Part shown: piece after piece, positions 1 through 10,810 of the stretch
How positions within the stretch are numbered: position 1 is the first letter of the stretch
Layout of the letters: the number at the start of each line of letters is the position of its first letter
Origin: Catajapyx aquilonaris
Taxonomy: Eukaryota
Direction: 5' to 3'
Assembly: GCA_000934665.2 (NCBI GenBank)
Contig: KZ538530.1
Span: 1-63,932 of the forward strand
DNA: 63,932 nucleotides
Program-made: the position numbers and the translations under genes
The notes under the pieces: generated by a model
Databases searched by the model: none
What the model saw: the letters and a program-made list of their open reading frames with translations, nothing else
Told to the model about the DNA's origin: nothing

Positions 1-192
1 TTTCAGCTTTCATCCGTTCTGCTTTTGTAGCACCAATTGGGTCCTAATGTTCCCATTGGTTGTTTGTCGCCATTTTTGTCGATATTTTAAAACTAAAAAT
101 TTTTTCTCGTTTCTTATTGGGAACATGTTCAGAAAATGCAATAGGAACTGACATTGCGTTAAAAAATGCTTCTCAGGTCTCAGGAGGATATA
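1..192. mobile_element. Terminal part of a DNA-transposon-like repeat; inverted partner at 2722-3442
   Basis: The reverse complement of 1-192 aligns to 2722-2845 plus 3373-3442 (TATAT[C/A]CTCCTGAGACC terminus). Confidence 0.65.
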
Positions 193-967
193 CCTTTACC
201 TATACTGGTCTCAAAACCCCAGCTTCCATTGCCACATTATTGGTATGGAAGAAGGATGAAGTTGGATAGAAAAATATCGTGGATTTGCAGAGAACTCATT
301 CCATGCGGCTGCAAGGAAGGATGCACACTTGAGGATGGGAGGGTGGTTATTACAATTAATGAGTTTGCGGGATATCGTGAATATTATTTATTTAATAATG
401 AACAGTAAAATAAAAATTGGCAATCCAAGATACTGCATGTACATCGAATAAACAGCTCTCAATAATTGTGAACGATTTTATTTTTCTTCCCTCAACTACC
501 CCAATAAATGATATTTATTTATGTATTTAACTTATTTATGTATTTATTTATTTATTCATTACACCGATGGCACAGTGGCCATTGGGAAAAGGCAGCGAAT
601 GATACCACAAAATTTTACAACAATAGAATTATACAGGCCTAGTATGCTATAAATTATGAATATGATGATTATTATTATATACTAAATAATCTTTATTTTT
701 TACTTCTAAAGTACGTTTAACTTCTAATAGTCATCACATGGGCACAAGTAAATGATTGAACATGAATAACTACAAAAAATAAGACGTTTACATAACACCT
801 AGTCGCCATTTTGAAAAATGGCTGCCAATTTAATTACAGGAAAAATCCGAGATGGCCGCCCTTCCAAAAGCGTCCATTAGGGTGTTGTCTACAAGTGTGC
901 AGAATTTCATGCTTATATATCATTAAAGGCGCAATTCTTCCAAATATTTCACCGATCTGCCGTACTA
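193..967 (+). mobile_element. Decayed right part of an Academ-like DNA transposon
   Basis: Peptide remnant KPQLPLP...ICRELIPCGCKEGC (~200-330) resembles the Academ transposase C-terminus. The end AATTTCATGCTT...ATCTGCCGTACTA resembles Academ TAG...CTA termini. Confidence 0.5.
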
Positions 968-1021
968 CAGGCGCCATGCGCCACATCGCGTACTCGCTCA
1001 CAAAAACTGCTCTCCTGCGTA

Positions 1022-1109
1022 CTATGGGCGCCAAAAGAATTGACCGGAGTTGATGGGCATATGGCGCTATATACCCATCAACTCCGGTCAATTCTTTTGG
1101 CGCCCATAG
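1022..1109. mobile_element. 88-bp palindromic Tc1/mariner-type MITE
   Basis: Perfect TIR CTATGGGCGCCAAAAGAATTGACCGGAGTTGATGGG, flanked by TA at 1020-1021 and 1110-1111. Confidence 0.8.
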
Positions 1110-2197
1110 TACAATTCTCAACCGATGTACTTCTAATAAATGCTACAATGTCCAGAATGAAGCTAGCTACAATGTTTACAGGAAGTATTTTCTGTTATAC
1201 CTCAAGGGGGAGCTGCAAAACATGACTAAAGCGAAATGTTCTCTGAAGTTTGGTAAGTTCCTTGACGTATTTGTCAGTCATGTGACCTCATACTCATTCC
1301 TGAGGAAGCCGTATGGTTCTGCAATTATCGCCTAGGTACTTCTTAACAACTTGGCAGCCAAAATCCGTAGTCAGAACGAGTACCGGGGGCTCCAGAAATT
1401 CATTTCTAGCACCCTAGCAATGTTCAATTTCGGCCATCTTGATGACGTCATTTCGGGCACTTCCCGGGGTCCGACATCAAAAAAATTTCATGTACGATGC
1501 AGGCACGATATGTACTTTCCAAAAAAAAGGGTCATTTGCTTGTCATACCGCCGTGGTCACTGGACCTCTCAGAAGGTCGAGTGATCGCTCGCCTATATGG
1601 CATCGTGCCATTTAAAATATCATGCGAGTGGCATAAATACTTATGAACATAGAAACTATGGACATTTCTTAAGGCTATGGTGAAAGAAATTTCAGTCGAG
1701 GTTATACCAGTGAATTTTAAACCATTATTTTGTTTGGTTGTAGCCTATAATTACACAACCAAATCGGGCCGCAGGAGACAAAGGGTTAAGTTTCTTCAAT
1801 ACCTATTTCTATGATCCATCATAGCTGCCAGAGGGTTTGTTTCAGTCAGTTTTGATCAGCCATCTTGGATTGGCCTGATCTGCCTGTGAGCTGTCCATTT
1901 GGAAATACGTAGCGTGAGCAGCAAAGTAAACAATCGCAGACCAGGGGCTAATCCCAAGTAGTTTGAAGCAGAGAAACAGACAGTCACAATAAAGGAGTGG
2001 TGTTCTACACAAGTACATGCTATTTGTACTCTGAACCATCCAGCTCAAAAATGCTGAGATGCAACAGTAACAACTCCATTTGCTTGAGATAACATTAGTG
2101 TGTTTGCATTTTAATGTTTGTTTTGGCACAGCCTACCCAGTGCTCCTTTTGTGCTGCAATAAAATAATACACCTAATGAGTTGATCAATCTTTGCAG

Positions 2198-5100
2198 AGT
2201 TGCAGAAGGCATTTCGGGTGGCTGCTGTCAAATGTCTTGTAGAAGATGAAGTTGCAGGTAAATTTAGTTTCCGTGTGAACCTTCCTGCAGACAAGACCAA
2301 AATTCCAGGTGAGGATATCAGCAGGTTGTTGTTATACATAAAGTTGAGAAATTCACTTGGGAAACATGTTTCATTCATGTAACTTCCAGAGATACCAGAA
2401 ATACTGTACAGTCTTAATCTGTTTTCATTCCAAATGGAACCGAAAGTTCCTGACCCACATATTATAAAAGTTTAAGTTTCTTTCACACGATGCCACTGTG
2501 GCCGTGCCGCCACATTACATTTGGTGGTGCTTCTCTGGCCACACGATGCAGATTTGTTCCCCACCAGCGTTGCACCAACATTGGCTGCCACCAGTATTTC
2601 TGGTGACGACACCAAGGACGCGGCTGCCACCACTTGTGAAAGGTTGCACTTGCAGCAATGTAAAGACATGGTGCCACCACCATGGCCACACCACCATGGT
2701 GGCCTCGTGTGAAAGAGGCCTTATATACTCCTGAGACCCGAGAAGAATTGAGTAAGGCAATGTCAGTTCCTATTGCATTTTCTGAACATTTTCCCAATAA
2801 GAAACAAGAAAAAAATTGTAGTTCTAAAATATTGACAAAAATAAAGAGTGCGTTTACATGGGACTAAAAATCGGCCTAGCTACGGCCGCCTATGCTAGGC
2901 GAACCGGTTTACACCCATGTAGCCGCTGGGCCTACGATAGACCGGCCTTATCTGAGCCGTTGTCGGGCGCAGCCCAAGCCTTTTGGATCGGGTGGTCTAC
3001 CTAAGGCGATGGCGGTGATTGGCTGCTAGGGGACAGCCCAGGACTTGCTTCTGAGTGGACTACCGGCCGCGAAAAGTCCCCCCGTATCTGTGGCTTTCTC
3101 GAATAAACAGTGCTGGTACATGTAATTCAACTGTCTAATTATCACGGGCAGCCCATGCGGTAGCTGCAGAGCTACACATATTGCACATTTTGCTGTGAGG
3201 AGCGGTAGGGCCCGGCATGGTGGGCACTATTTTCGGGCGGCTCACCGACCCCTCGGCAGCAAAAGAGTCAGTCCCATGTAGCAGTGGCAAAAGTGGGAGC
3301 AGGCTTTGCGTAGATAGGTCTTGCTTAGGAAGCCTGGGTCAGGCCAATTTTTAGTCCCATGTAAACGTACTCAATGACAAACAACCAATGAGAACATAGG
3401 ACTCAATTGCTGCTACAATAGCAGAATGTATGAATGTTGAAAGTTAAATGCCACTCAATTGATCATTCACATAGGACTCCATCCTACGAACAATGTTTTT
3501 TACATTCATTTGTGGAATTCGTGGCAGCAATTCCTCTCAAAAGACAATTAAAGATAAATATGACATTATTTTTCAAGGCCACCACTCCAGGCATGCCCCT
3601 TCTCTTCACACCTCCTAGCATGGTACCTCGCTATTCTAGATTTTAAAACTGAACTGAAGTGCAAAGCACACTTCCTTGTGGGTGTATAGATACAGGCACT
3701 TAGCCTGTTGAGGGCGACACGCCTCATATGAGGATCTGCGGATGTTTGAATTTGGCGCGCTAAAATGTGCACAGAGAATTCGAACTTTGCGGTTCCAAAT
3801 TCAGTTCAATCTACTGCCATCTCTTGGATGGTGACTAAACTACCATGACGGTCCCACAATCCACTGGGCGGGAGCAAAGCTGAGTCGAACATGCCAAGAC
3901 CACGCGGCTGCTGCATCATCTTTCATGTAAAAAACCACCCTGAGTAGGTGTCGCTGAAGTCGGGACCCTTGGGAGTTTCTCATAGTATAGTGTTGTGGTA
4001 ATATTATGCAACCATAATAACAGTGTATAGTGATTATGTAAACTTGTCAGGCTTATCGACGTTATGTGAGCCAAACGATTCTTAAAATATTATATCTGGA
4101 ACACCCTGTAGATGAATTTCTTCTGGCATTATACATTAAAAAGGACCACCGTGAATTGAAATGATTAATTTTGACACGAAGTAAATATCACTCCTACGTC
4201 AAATTTTGGACAAAAAAGAAGAAAACTGCCCAAAAACCTGCCAAAAACTCCACCGTCAACAGGTTAAAGAAAAGTCACAGCCCATTCAGCTTAAAAAACT
4301 TTTTTTTAGATGTCCATTTAAATGGACATTTGGTCTCAGGAGGAAAAGAAAATTACCAGTTCTCTACTGCAACAAAGATTGTCACAGACACATCTTTTCA
4401 TATTTCATAATACAGTACGCATTCCTTGCGAATCCCAGGACATCACTGCATTGACGAAAGTAGCACTCTACATATGAGGGGAAAAATAACACTTATCAGA
4501 TGAGCACCTAGCTTCAGCAGAAGCATCTGCCATTTTCATAAGTGATTTAATTTCCGCGGCCAAAGTCAGATATTCGACACTAGGTGGCTACACCTATCGA
4601 GGCAGGATTGTAATCATGGGATACCAACAGATTACAGACTAGTTGGCACCTTTTTTTTTTTTCTGAAGTCGACATAATAATAAATAATAAATAATAATGG
4701 ATACCCCGCGATAGGCCTCCATGGGCCTCTTAGGGGATCATCTTTTAAATATCCGACTTTAATCATTGCCTGCACTGTGATGGATTTTGATTGCGGGAGG
4801 AAACGGGAGAAACCCGAGAAAACCCACGCGAACACGGAGAGAACCCATCGAACCTCTATCCACATAAGTATCCTCCGTCCGACCAAGGGATCGGACTCAG
4901 GACCTCAGAGGTGGAAGGCTGCGGTGCTAACCACTCTGCCACCGTGTCGCCCGATGCTGAAGTCGACATATGACGACATCAGGTCACAGGAGGACATACA
5001 GGGTGGACGGAAAGTTTCGGACCCCCCCAGGTTTTTTAACCCTACTTTTCACAGCGTCTTTTCACATCTTTTAGAAGTCCACAAGCAGTTCTAATATACA

Positions 5101-8100
5101 CTATCTTTTGAAGCATAATCTTGAGAACATATGGGCACCTTCGCTCTCGCAATTCCATTAATAACTTCGCCTCTGTGACTCATCTAAACATCCTATCCGT
5201 TTTGCGTTTATTTTGCTTGTTGCCTTGGAGGACCCCTGGTCATATTCTGCATCAGATAAGGTTTTTATTACCCTTTTTCATGAGTTCCCCTTCATTCAAA
5301 TGTTGTGAACTCACTCCTGACCTTATTTTTTGCATTGGTCCATAACCTGGTCCAATAAAAATTTGAAAAGGAATGCATGAAATGGCGGACCCGGATGCAT
5401 TACGTTCGAATTCTCACATTGGTACCATCACATTTGTCTCCATTTTTACTTTGAAATAATTTTTTGGTGCGAAAGTACGTGAACGAAAGGATGTGTGTAG
5501 CATGTTGATTAATTTACCAAGGTAGGACTGTTTACTGTCCTTTCCCACCAAAAAATTATTCTAAAGTAAAAATGGAGACAAATGTGATGGTACCAATTCG
5601 AAAGTAATGCATCCGGGTCCGCCATTTCATGCATTCCTTTTCAAATTTTTATTGGACCAGGTTATGGACCAATGCGAAAAATAAGGTCAGGAGTGAGTTC
5701 ACAACATTTGCATGAAGGGGAACTCATGGAAAAGGGTAATAAAAACCTTATCTGACGCAGAATGACCAGGGGGTCCTCCAAGGCAACAAGCAAAGTAAAC
5801 GCAAAACAGATAGGATGTTTAGATGAGTCACAGAGGCGAAGTTATTAATGGAATTGCGAGAGCGAAGGTGCTCAGATGTTCTCAAGATTATGCTTCAAAA
5901 GATAGTGTACATTAGAACTGCTTGTGGACTTTTAAAAGATGTGAAAAGACGCTGTGAAACGTATGGTTAAAAACCCTGGGGGGGTCCGAAACTTTCCGTC
6001 CACCCTGTAGTTGATTCCGTTGCTGCACAACCCTGTTTTTTCATGGGTTTTCTCAGGATTCTCCTGTTTCCTTACACAATGAAATCCAAAACAATGCATT
6101 TAATGGGCAGGAAAGGTCAGGAAGGAAGGAAAGTGTCTCTGTTTGCCTGGCTCCTGCAGGGGGTCCTGATTTGAAATTTTGATGGCCCCATCAGTTAACT
6201 AGAACATAATTATATGCTGTTATTATAAACATTCTTATTCCATTTCAGAGACAATGTGGCAGGCAGTATCATTGGAATACGCTGTACCCTGGCCATTCCA
6301 AACATTGGTAACTCCCTGGGCCCTTCACAACTACAACACAGCATTTGTATTTCTACTTCGGGTCAGGCAGGTGCAATTGGATCTGCAGGAGGTGTGGGTC
6401 AGGCAGATGAGGCACAAGAAATATATGTAAGCAATAGCTACTTGGAATGATGTTTTTGGATGGAAGAGGTGAATGAAGGTATTTCTTCAGGTTTACACAT
6501 GTAGTGGCAAGTAGATGGCAGTTGAGAAGCTCCATGGCATTCCTGGTGGACAACCTTCAGTATTACCTGCAGGTATGTTGTACTGTAATAGCATGTCATA
6601 TTTTCACCTGAACTTGTCTCCAAACCGGGATTTAAAAATTTGAGTTGTCCAGCATTTCCATTTCCAGGAGCATTGAAATGAAGTGTGCCAATGACTGGTA
6701 TTTAACCCAGATATGCCTATAATCCCCTATAGGGTACACGTGCACAGTTGTTACATTTTAATTTTTTTGTGCTAGTTCTTCTGCTGCACAAGAGCTGGCA
6801 GTAGTTGCGGGGGCTTCAGTAGAGTCACAGCTAATGATACATGTTCAAACCTGCTCAGTATTGCTTCCGATTTTTAAGGGATAGGTGTTTGAATTTTAAC
6901 TAGGGAAACAATGGCTGCACCTTCAGGTTCCGAATATGATTAGAAATTAATGCTCGAATATTGATTAGTGTTATGAGTTATTTATTGTTTGTAACACTTT
7001 AAAACTTATGAATGATGATGTCGATGTAGAAATATAGGCACCTTTTTTACTTTCCTTGTCTGAGAGTAATGTTGAAATCGGGTGTCCCCTCTGGGGAATT
7101 TAAAAGACAAATGCACCCACATTTGGACAAAGTAAAGTATGTGTGTGGATTTTGTACGCTTTGCTGAACTGTATTTTAATGAATCCATATAATTAAAACA
7201 AGATTACATGGCAATTATTGGTTAACATGGCAACCGTTGCAACAATGCTTGATTGTTGTTGACTGTGACTAAATTACTGCCCCTTCTTTGCACGGCCTGT
7301 TGTCGTTGTAATGCAATCGACAAAAATCGATCATTATGATATTATGAAACTATGGACCTCTGATTTTTAAGACAAAAAGTAGCTAATTTCACTTTGAATG
7401 ACTCACCAAACGAACAACTAGATTCCCCAGTTATAGATTCACTTTGTTTTAAGTGCACATATTTGCACCTTTTGTCAGGGTCGCATACTGCTACCCTGAC
7501 AAATGTGACCTACTTTTAGAAGAATGTGGTATTATTATTATTATTATTATTTTTTTTTTTTTATTGTACCCCGGTGGGTTTAAAAAACCTTTGGGGGAGA
7601 ATGTGGTATTATATGGCATTGAAACAGATTGAGGCTGTAACTGGGGAGGCTAGTCTCTTGTTTAATGTGTGATTCGAAGTGAAATATTGTGAAATCCGTT
7701 ACTTTTCGTCTTTGAAATCAAATCAATGATGTGACAAATACGCTTGATGGAGGCCTCAACAAAGGAGTCCCTGGCACCGATATTTCAATGTCACATTCAA
7801 ATTGCTACATGAGAGTAAGTAGCACTTAGCCAGAGGTATTTTATGCACAGCTTAAAATCCGGATGAGGCTGAATTTGGAAATGCGGTGACCTTCCATGAC
7901 CATTCGAAGTCAACTGCATAGACAGAAAAGGGTGGCAGACGTACACTCGACTTGAGTATCTTCCAGGTATAAAACTCATCTCAATTGAACCTACCAAAGC
8001 GATTTTTATTATTGTTCAGACATTACTCTCTTACATTAGGGCAGGTTTGACACGACCCAGCCAATTTGGTTTTTCCATTTTTTTCCAAGCAATCCCGCGT

Positions 8101-9171
8101 TTGGACACACTGTGCATTGCTGCATTCAGCCATTTTCTAACAAGAGGAAAACAACATAAGGGTGTCGAAATTTGCGCCCCTTACCCTATCAATTCTAAAG
8201 TCCAGATAATCTTAAGGTGGAGATCAATGGTTGCAATGGGATCGGTATCTATGTTTCAATGGGGACTACTTCGAAGGTGATGGCGGAAAATAAGGTGTGT
8301 AGTAAGCTACTTTATCAACAAAAAATCAGTTTGCGAACTTTTGGGTAGCACCTCGTATATGTTTATTTTCAATTGGTATGCTATACTGCATCACTGTTCT
8401 TTTACTTTCCCAAATGTGATGATTTTTAGTGAATTAAGGAAGATGGAATATGGATGTTGAATGTCGAATGTTAGGCCCTGGTGGGCCATTTGTTATTTGT
8501 GGTCATTTCTATGGTGAATGTGAATCTAGTTAATGAGTAATTTCCAATCATATGTAATGTGCAACGTAGCATTTTTTTTACATAGTGTTCCATTGCAAGC
8601 TTATGCCATGTATAACAAGAAGGTTCATTGGCAGAAGTTTGAAGTGATTTCACTTTGTCCTACTTGAAGACTACAGCAAGTATTGTTGAAGCAGTGTAAA
8701 CATGGAGACATTCAACCCATCTGAAATCTTGTCTTGAATATCTTGGTGGTAGTTTGGTTGTCTTCAGTATTTTCTTCTTTTTACCAGGTGGATGTGTTGG
8801 AGAGCCTGTATTCAGTGATGATGAGGCGTATGAATGCCACAAAGGACTTCGAGAAGATCCGTTATGCACAAGACATGTTTTTGTCGCGCATGCTGAGTGA
8901 GGCTTTTGTGTACCTGAAACCAGTGGAGAGCTGCCTGACAGCCATCCTGCAACTCTGTTCCCTTTTCTGTTCACTGGTACTTTCCTCATCCAGTGAGTCA
9001 CCCAGACTACCTGAGGAAGCAGAAGAAAAGGTGGCACAGTATAATGAGACCTTCTTCGCTCATTTGGGTCGCCTCTTCACCATCCTTGGAATGATGAAGG
9101 GTGAAGTAGCAGGAACTCATCTGAACAGGTTGCTGCAGCGCTTTCATGCCAATAATTGGTTCCAAAAATAA
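2198..9171 (+). CDS. TUBGCP4: Gamma-tubulin complex component 4 (GCP4/Grip75), 3' part; upstream exons lie before the window
   Basis: Exons 2198-2308, 6249-6426, 6491-6572 and 8788-9171 (TAA), all GT-AG with matching phases. Spliced protein includes ELQKAFRVAAVKCLVEDE, WQAVSLEYAVPWPFQTLVTPWALHNYNTAFVFLLRVRQVQLDLQEVW and WQLRSSMAFLVDNLQYYLQ|VDVLESLYSVMMRRMNATKDFEKIRYAQDMFLS. These match the GCP4 GRIP2 region (MAFLVDNLQYYLQVDVLES motif). Confidence 0.93.
2475..2720. mobile_element. PIF/Harbinger-like MITE
   Basis: TIR core TCTTTCACACGA[T/G]GCCAC at both ends; TTA duplication at 2472-2474 and 2721-2723. Confidence 0.65.
2722..3442. mobile_element. Inverted copy of the 1-192 repeat, interrupted by a nested MITE
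   Basis: Alignment to the reverse complement of 1-192 resumes directly after the 2846-3372 insertion. Confidence 0.65.
2846..3372. mobile_element. PIF/Harbinger-like MITE nested in an older repeat
   Basis: 32-bp TIR GAGTGCGTTTACATGGGACTAAAAATCGGCCT (2 mismatches); imperfect 3-bp flanks AAA/AAT. Confidence 0.75.
4677..4956 (-). mobile_element. tRNA-derived SINE with a V-like central domain (family A)
   Basis: Head GGGCGACACGGTGGCAGAGTGGTTAGC (A box); central GTGGGTTTTCTCGGGTTTCTCCCGTTTCCTCCC resembles the V-SINE domain; (TTA) tail. 14-bp TSD CTGAAGTCGACATA at 4663-4676 and 4957-4970. Confidence 0.85.
4999..6007. mobile_element. 1009-bp foldback Tc1/mariner-type MITE with ~480-bp inverted arms
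   Basis: TA|CAGGGTGGACGGAAAGTTTCGGACCCCCC...GGGGGGTCCGAAACTTTCCGTCCACCCTG|TA. Arms at ~4999-5478 and ~5536-6007 are highly similar reverse complements. Confidence 0.9.
6036..6105 (+). mobile_element. Diverged fragment of the family A SINE central domain
   Basis: TGGGTTTTCTCAGGATTCTCCTGTTTCC..CAATGAAATCC aligns with the reverse complement of ~4770-4830. Confidence 0.5.
7536..7597 (-). mobile_element. 5'-truncated retroposon tail (62 bp) with TSD
   Basis: Minus strand CCCCCAAAGGTTTTTTAAACCCACCGGGGTACAAT + A/(AAT) tail; 15-bp TSD AGAATGTGGTATTAT at 7521-7535 and 7598-7612. Confidence 0.7.
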
Positions 9172-9432
9172 AAGTCTGGTAATATTGCCTTAGTTGTATA
9201 TGCCTAAAGTTTCTTGGACTTTTTTCCACTACCCAGTGCAAAGTGAAACATTTCGTTTTTTGAAATATGAAATGTGCTTTCAGTTTGTTTCGTAGTTAAT
9301 GACAGAGAATCATGATGCCCTTTGATGTCAATTAAGCCTCTTCATTGTGAAATACACAGCATAATAAAATTAAAGGCTATATTTTTGTTATTCCGCTGCA
9401 AACAAACATCTGGGTTGAAGTTTGCAAAAATT

Positions 9433-9585
9433 GGGGAGGTGTGGTGGGCAAGATGGTAACGTCTCGGCTTGCTGAGTGAAAGGTCCCAGGTTCGATCCCT
9501 GCCTGGGAGTACCTTTTCACCTGCGTCAGGAGGGTCTCTGACCCGCACCTTGGGTTCTTTTCTGTTTTGGGGTCGCGAGGAAGGG
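9433..9585 (+). mobile_element. tRNA-derived SINE family C, 5' part
   Basis: GGGGAGGTGTGGTGG..GATGGTAACG..GGTTCGATCCC..GCGTCAGGAGGGTCTCTGACC closely matches 62772-62892. Confidence 0.75.
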
Positions 9586-9601
9586 TAACTAGTTATTTTT
9601 G

Positions 9602-9886
9602 AGGGCGGCATGGTGGTCTAGCGGTTACGCCGCTGGCCACCCACGCGGGAGGCCGGGGTTCAAATCCCGTCCCCGTCACCTCTGCTTGGCCGGGTCTTTT
9701 TCCGCTTTTCACCCGACATGCCGGGGCAGAATTGCACTCCCTACTCTGCCCGGGGCCAGCAGAAAAGGTCTGGTGTATTTCACAAAGTCAGAAATGACTA
9801 AAAATTACAGCGCCCTCCCTTGGGAACCTCCCCTTCCCGGGGCCACGAGCTCTATCACGGGGTTAATAAATAAATAAATAAGTAAA
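9602..9886 (+). mobile_element. tRNA-derived SINE family B, full length
   Basis: A box TGGTCTAGCGG, B box GGTTCAAATCC, (TAAA)n tail; 16-bp TSD TAACTAGTTATTTTTG at 9586-9601 and 9887-9902. A second copy is at 38521-38809. Confidence 0.9.
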
Positions 9887-10148
9887 TAACTAGTTATTTT
9901 TGCAAATTGATTCTATCTCTCTGGAAAATTTGCTCGTACATGAGATGTGTTGATTTAGCGATTATTGTAATTAACTACCACCGAGGGGGTCTCAGGGTTT
10001 TTTGACATACCGGTATTGTATATGTTTGATGCGATTGGACAACTCCCACAGACCGAAATAATTCGCCAAGAAAGGACTAATTTCCTGCCCGGGCCAAATT
10101 TTAGGGACGCCTCCTTCTCTCTTCTCTCTCTCCTTCCCCCCCCCCCCC

Positions 10149-10232
10149 NNNNNNNNNNNNNNNNNNNNNNNNNNNNNNNNNNNNNNNNNNNNNNNNNNNN
10201 NNNNNNNNNNNNNNNNNNNNNNNNNNNNNNNN
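10149..10232. other. Assembly gap (N run) after a poly-C tract
   Basis: Seen directly. Confidence 0.99.
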
Positions 10233-10589
10233 CCCGATATTGTTCAATGGGGCTGAAATGTGCTATTTCGCATTAGGTCTTAGGTGTGTACAACCATGAT
10301 TTTTTTCTAGCAAAATCAGAGATGGTCCAGCAACACTTTGGCTCAGTTGAACTGAAACGTGAACTGGAATGACCCCCGGGAATGCAGCACGTCACAATTT
10401 TTTACACAGTGCCATAGACAATTTCGCCCCCCAAATTTGCCACCCCTAAAAATTTGTCGCTCTAGGCAGTGGCCTACTTTGCCTATTGGGTTATACGGCC
10501 CTGCATGTTTGTATGTTAGTCCCCAGCTCGGAGTCCTCTTCTGATGGCCAGAATATCACAAATGTCCCATAATCTGGTCAAGTTGGGAG

Positions 10590-10810
10590 GGAGGGGGGTG
10601 GAGAGGTGCAGCGGAATCGCTCGTGCCCATGAACTGAAAGGTCCTGGGCTCAATCCCAAGCCAGGCTTCCCTCTCTCATCTGGTGCATGGAGTTTCGCCT
10701 TCTCCAGCTTCGTCTTGGGTGCAATCACATACTAGACTAACCACCCAGGGAACATTGCACACGCACTTGCACCTGCACTACCCTTCCCCTCCCAGAAAAC
10801 CCTCCCTCGC
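10590..10810 (+). mobile_element. Old diverged copy related to SINE family C
   Basis: TGAAAGGTCCTGGGCTCAATCCC and ACATTGCAC..CTTGCACC..CCCTCCCAGAAAACCC resemble parts of 62772-63000. Confidence 0.45.

Noticed and set aside
2472..2867. Cluster of six overlapping short ORFs
   Set aside because: Explained by the GC-rich MITE at 2475-2720.
9602..9680. tRNA gene calls at SINE heads (also 4880-4952, 9433-9510, 38735-38809, 62772-62847)
   Set aside because: Each continues into a shared SINE body, most with a tail and TSD, so they are not free tRNA genes.
10016..10276. ORFs crossing N runs (also 18633-18980)
   Set aside because: They are artefacts of assembly gaps.
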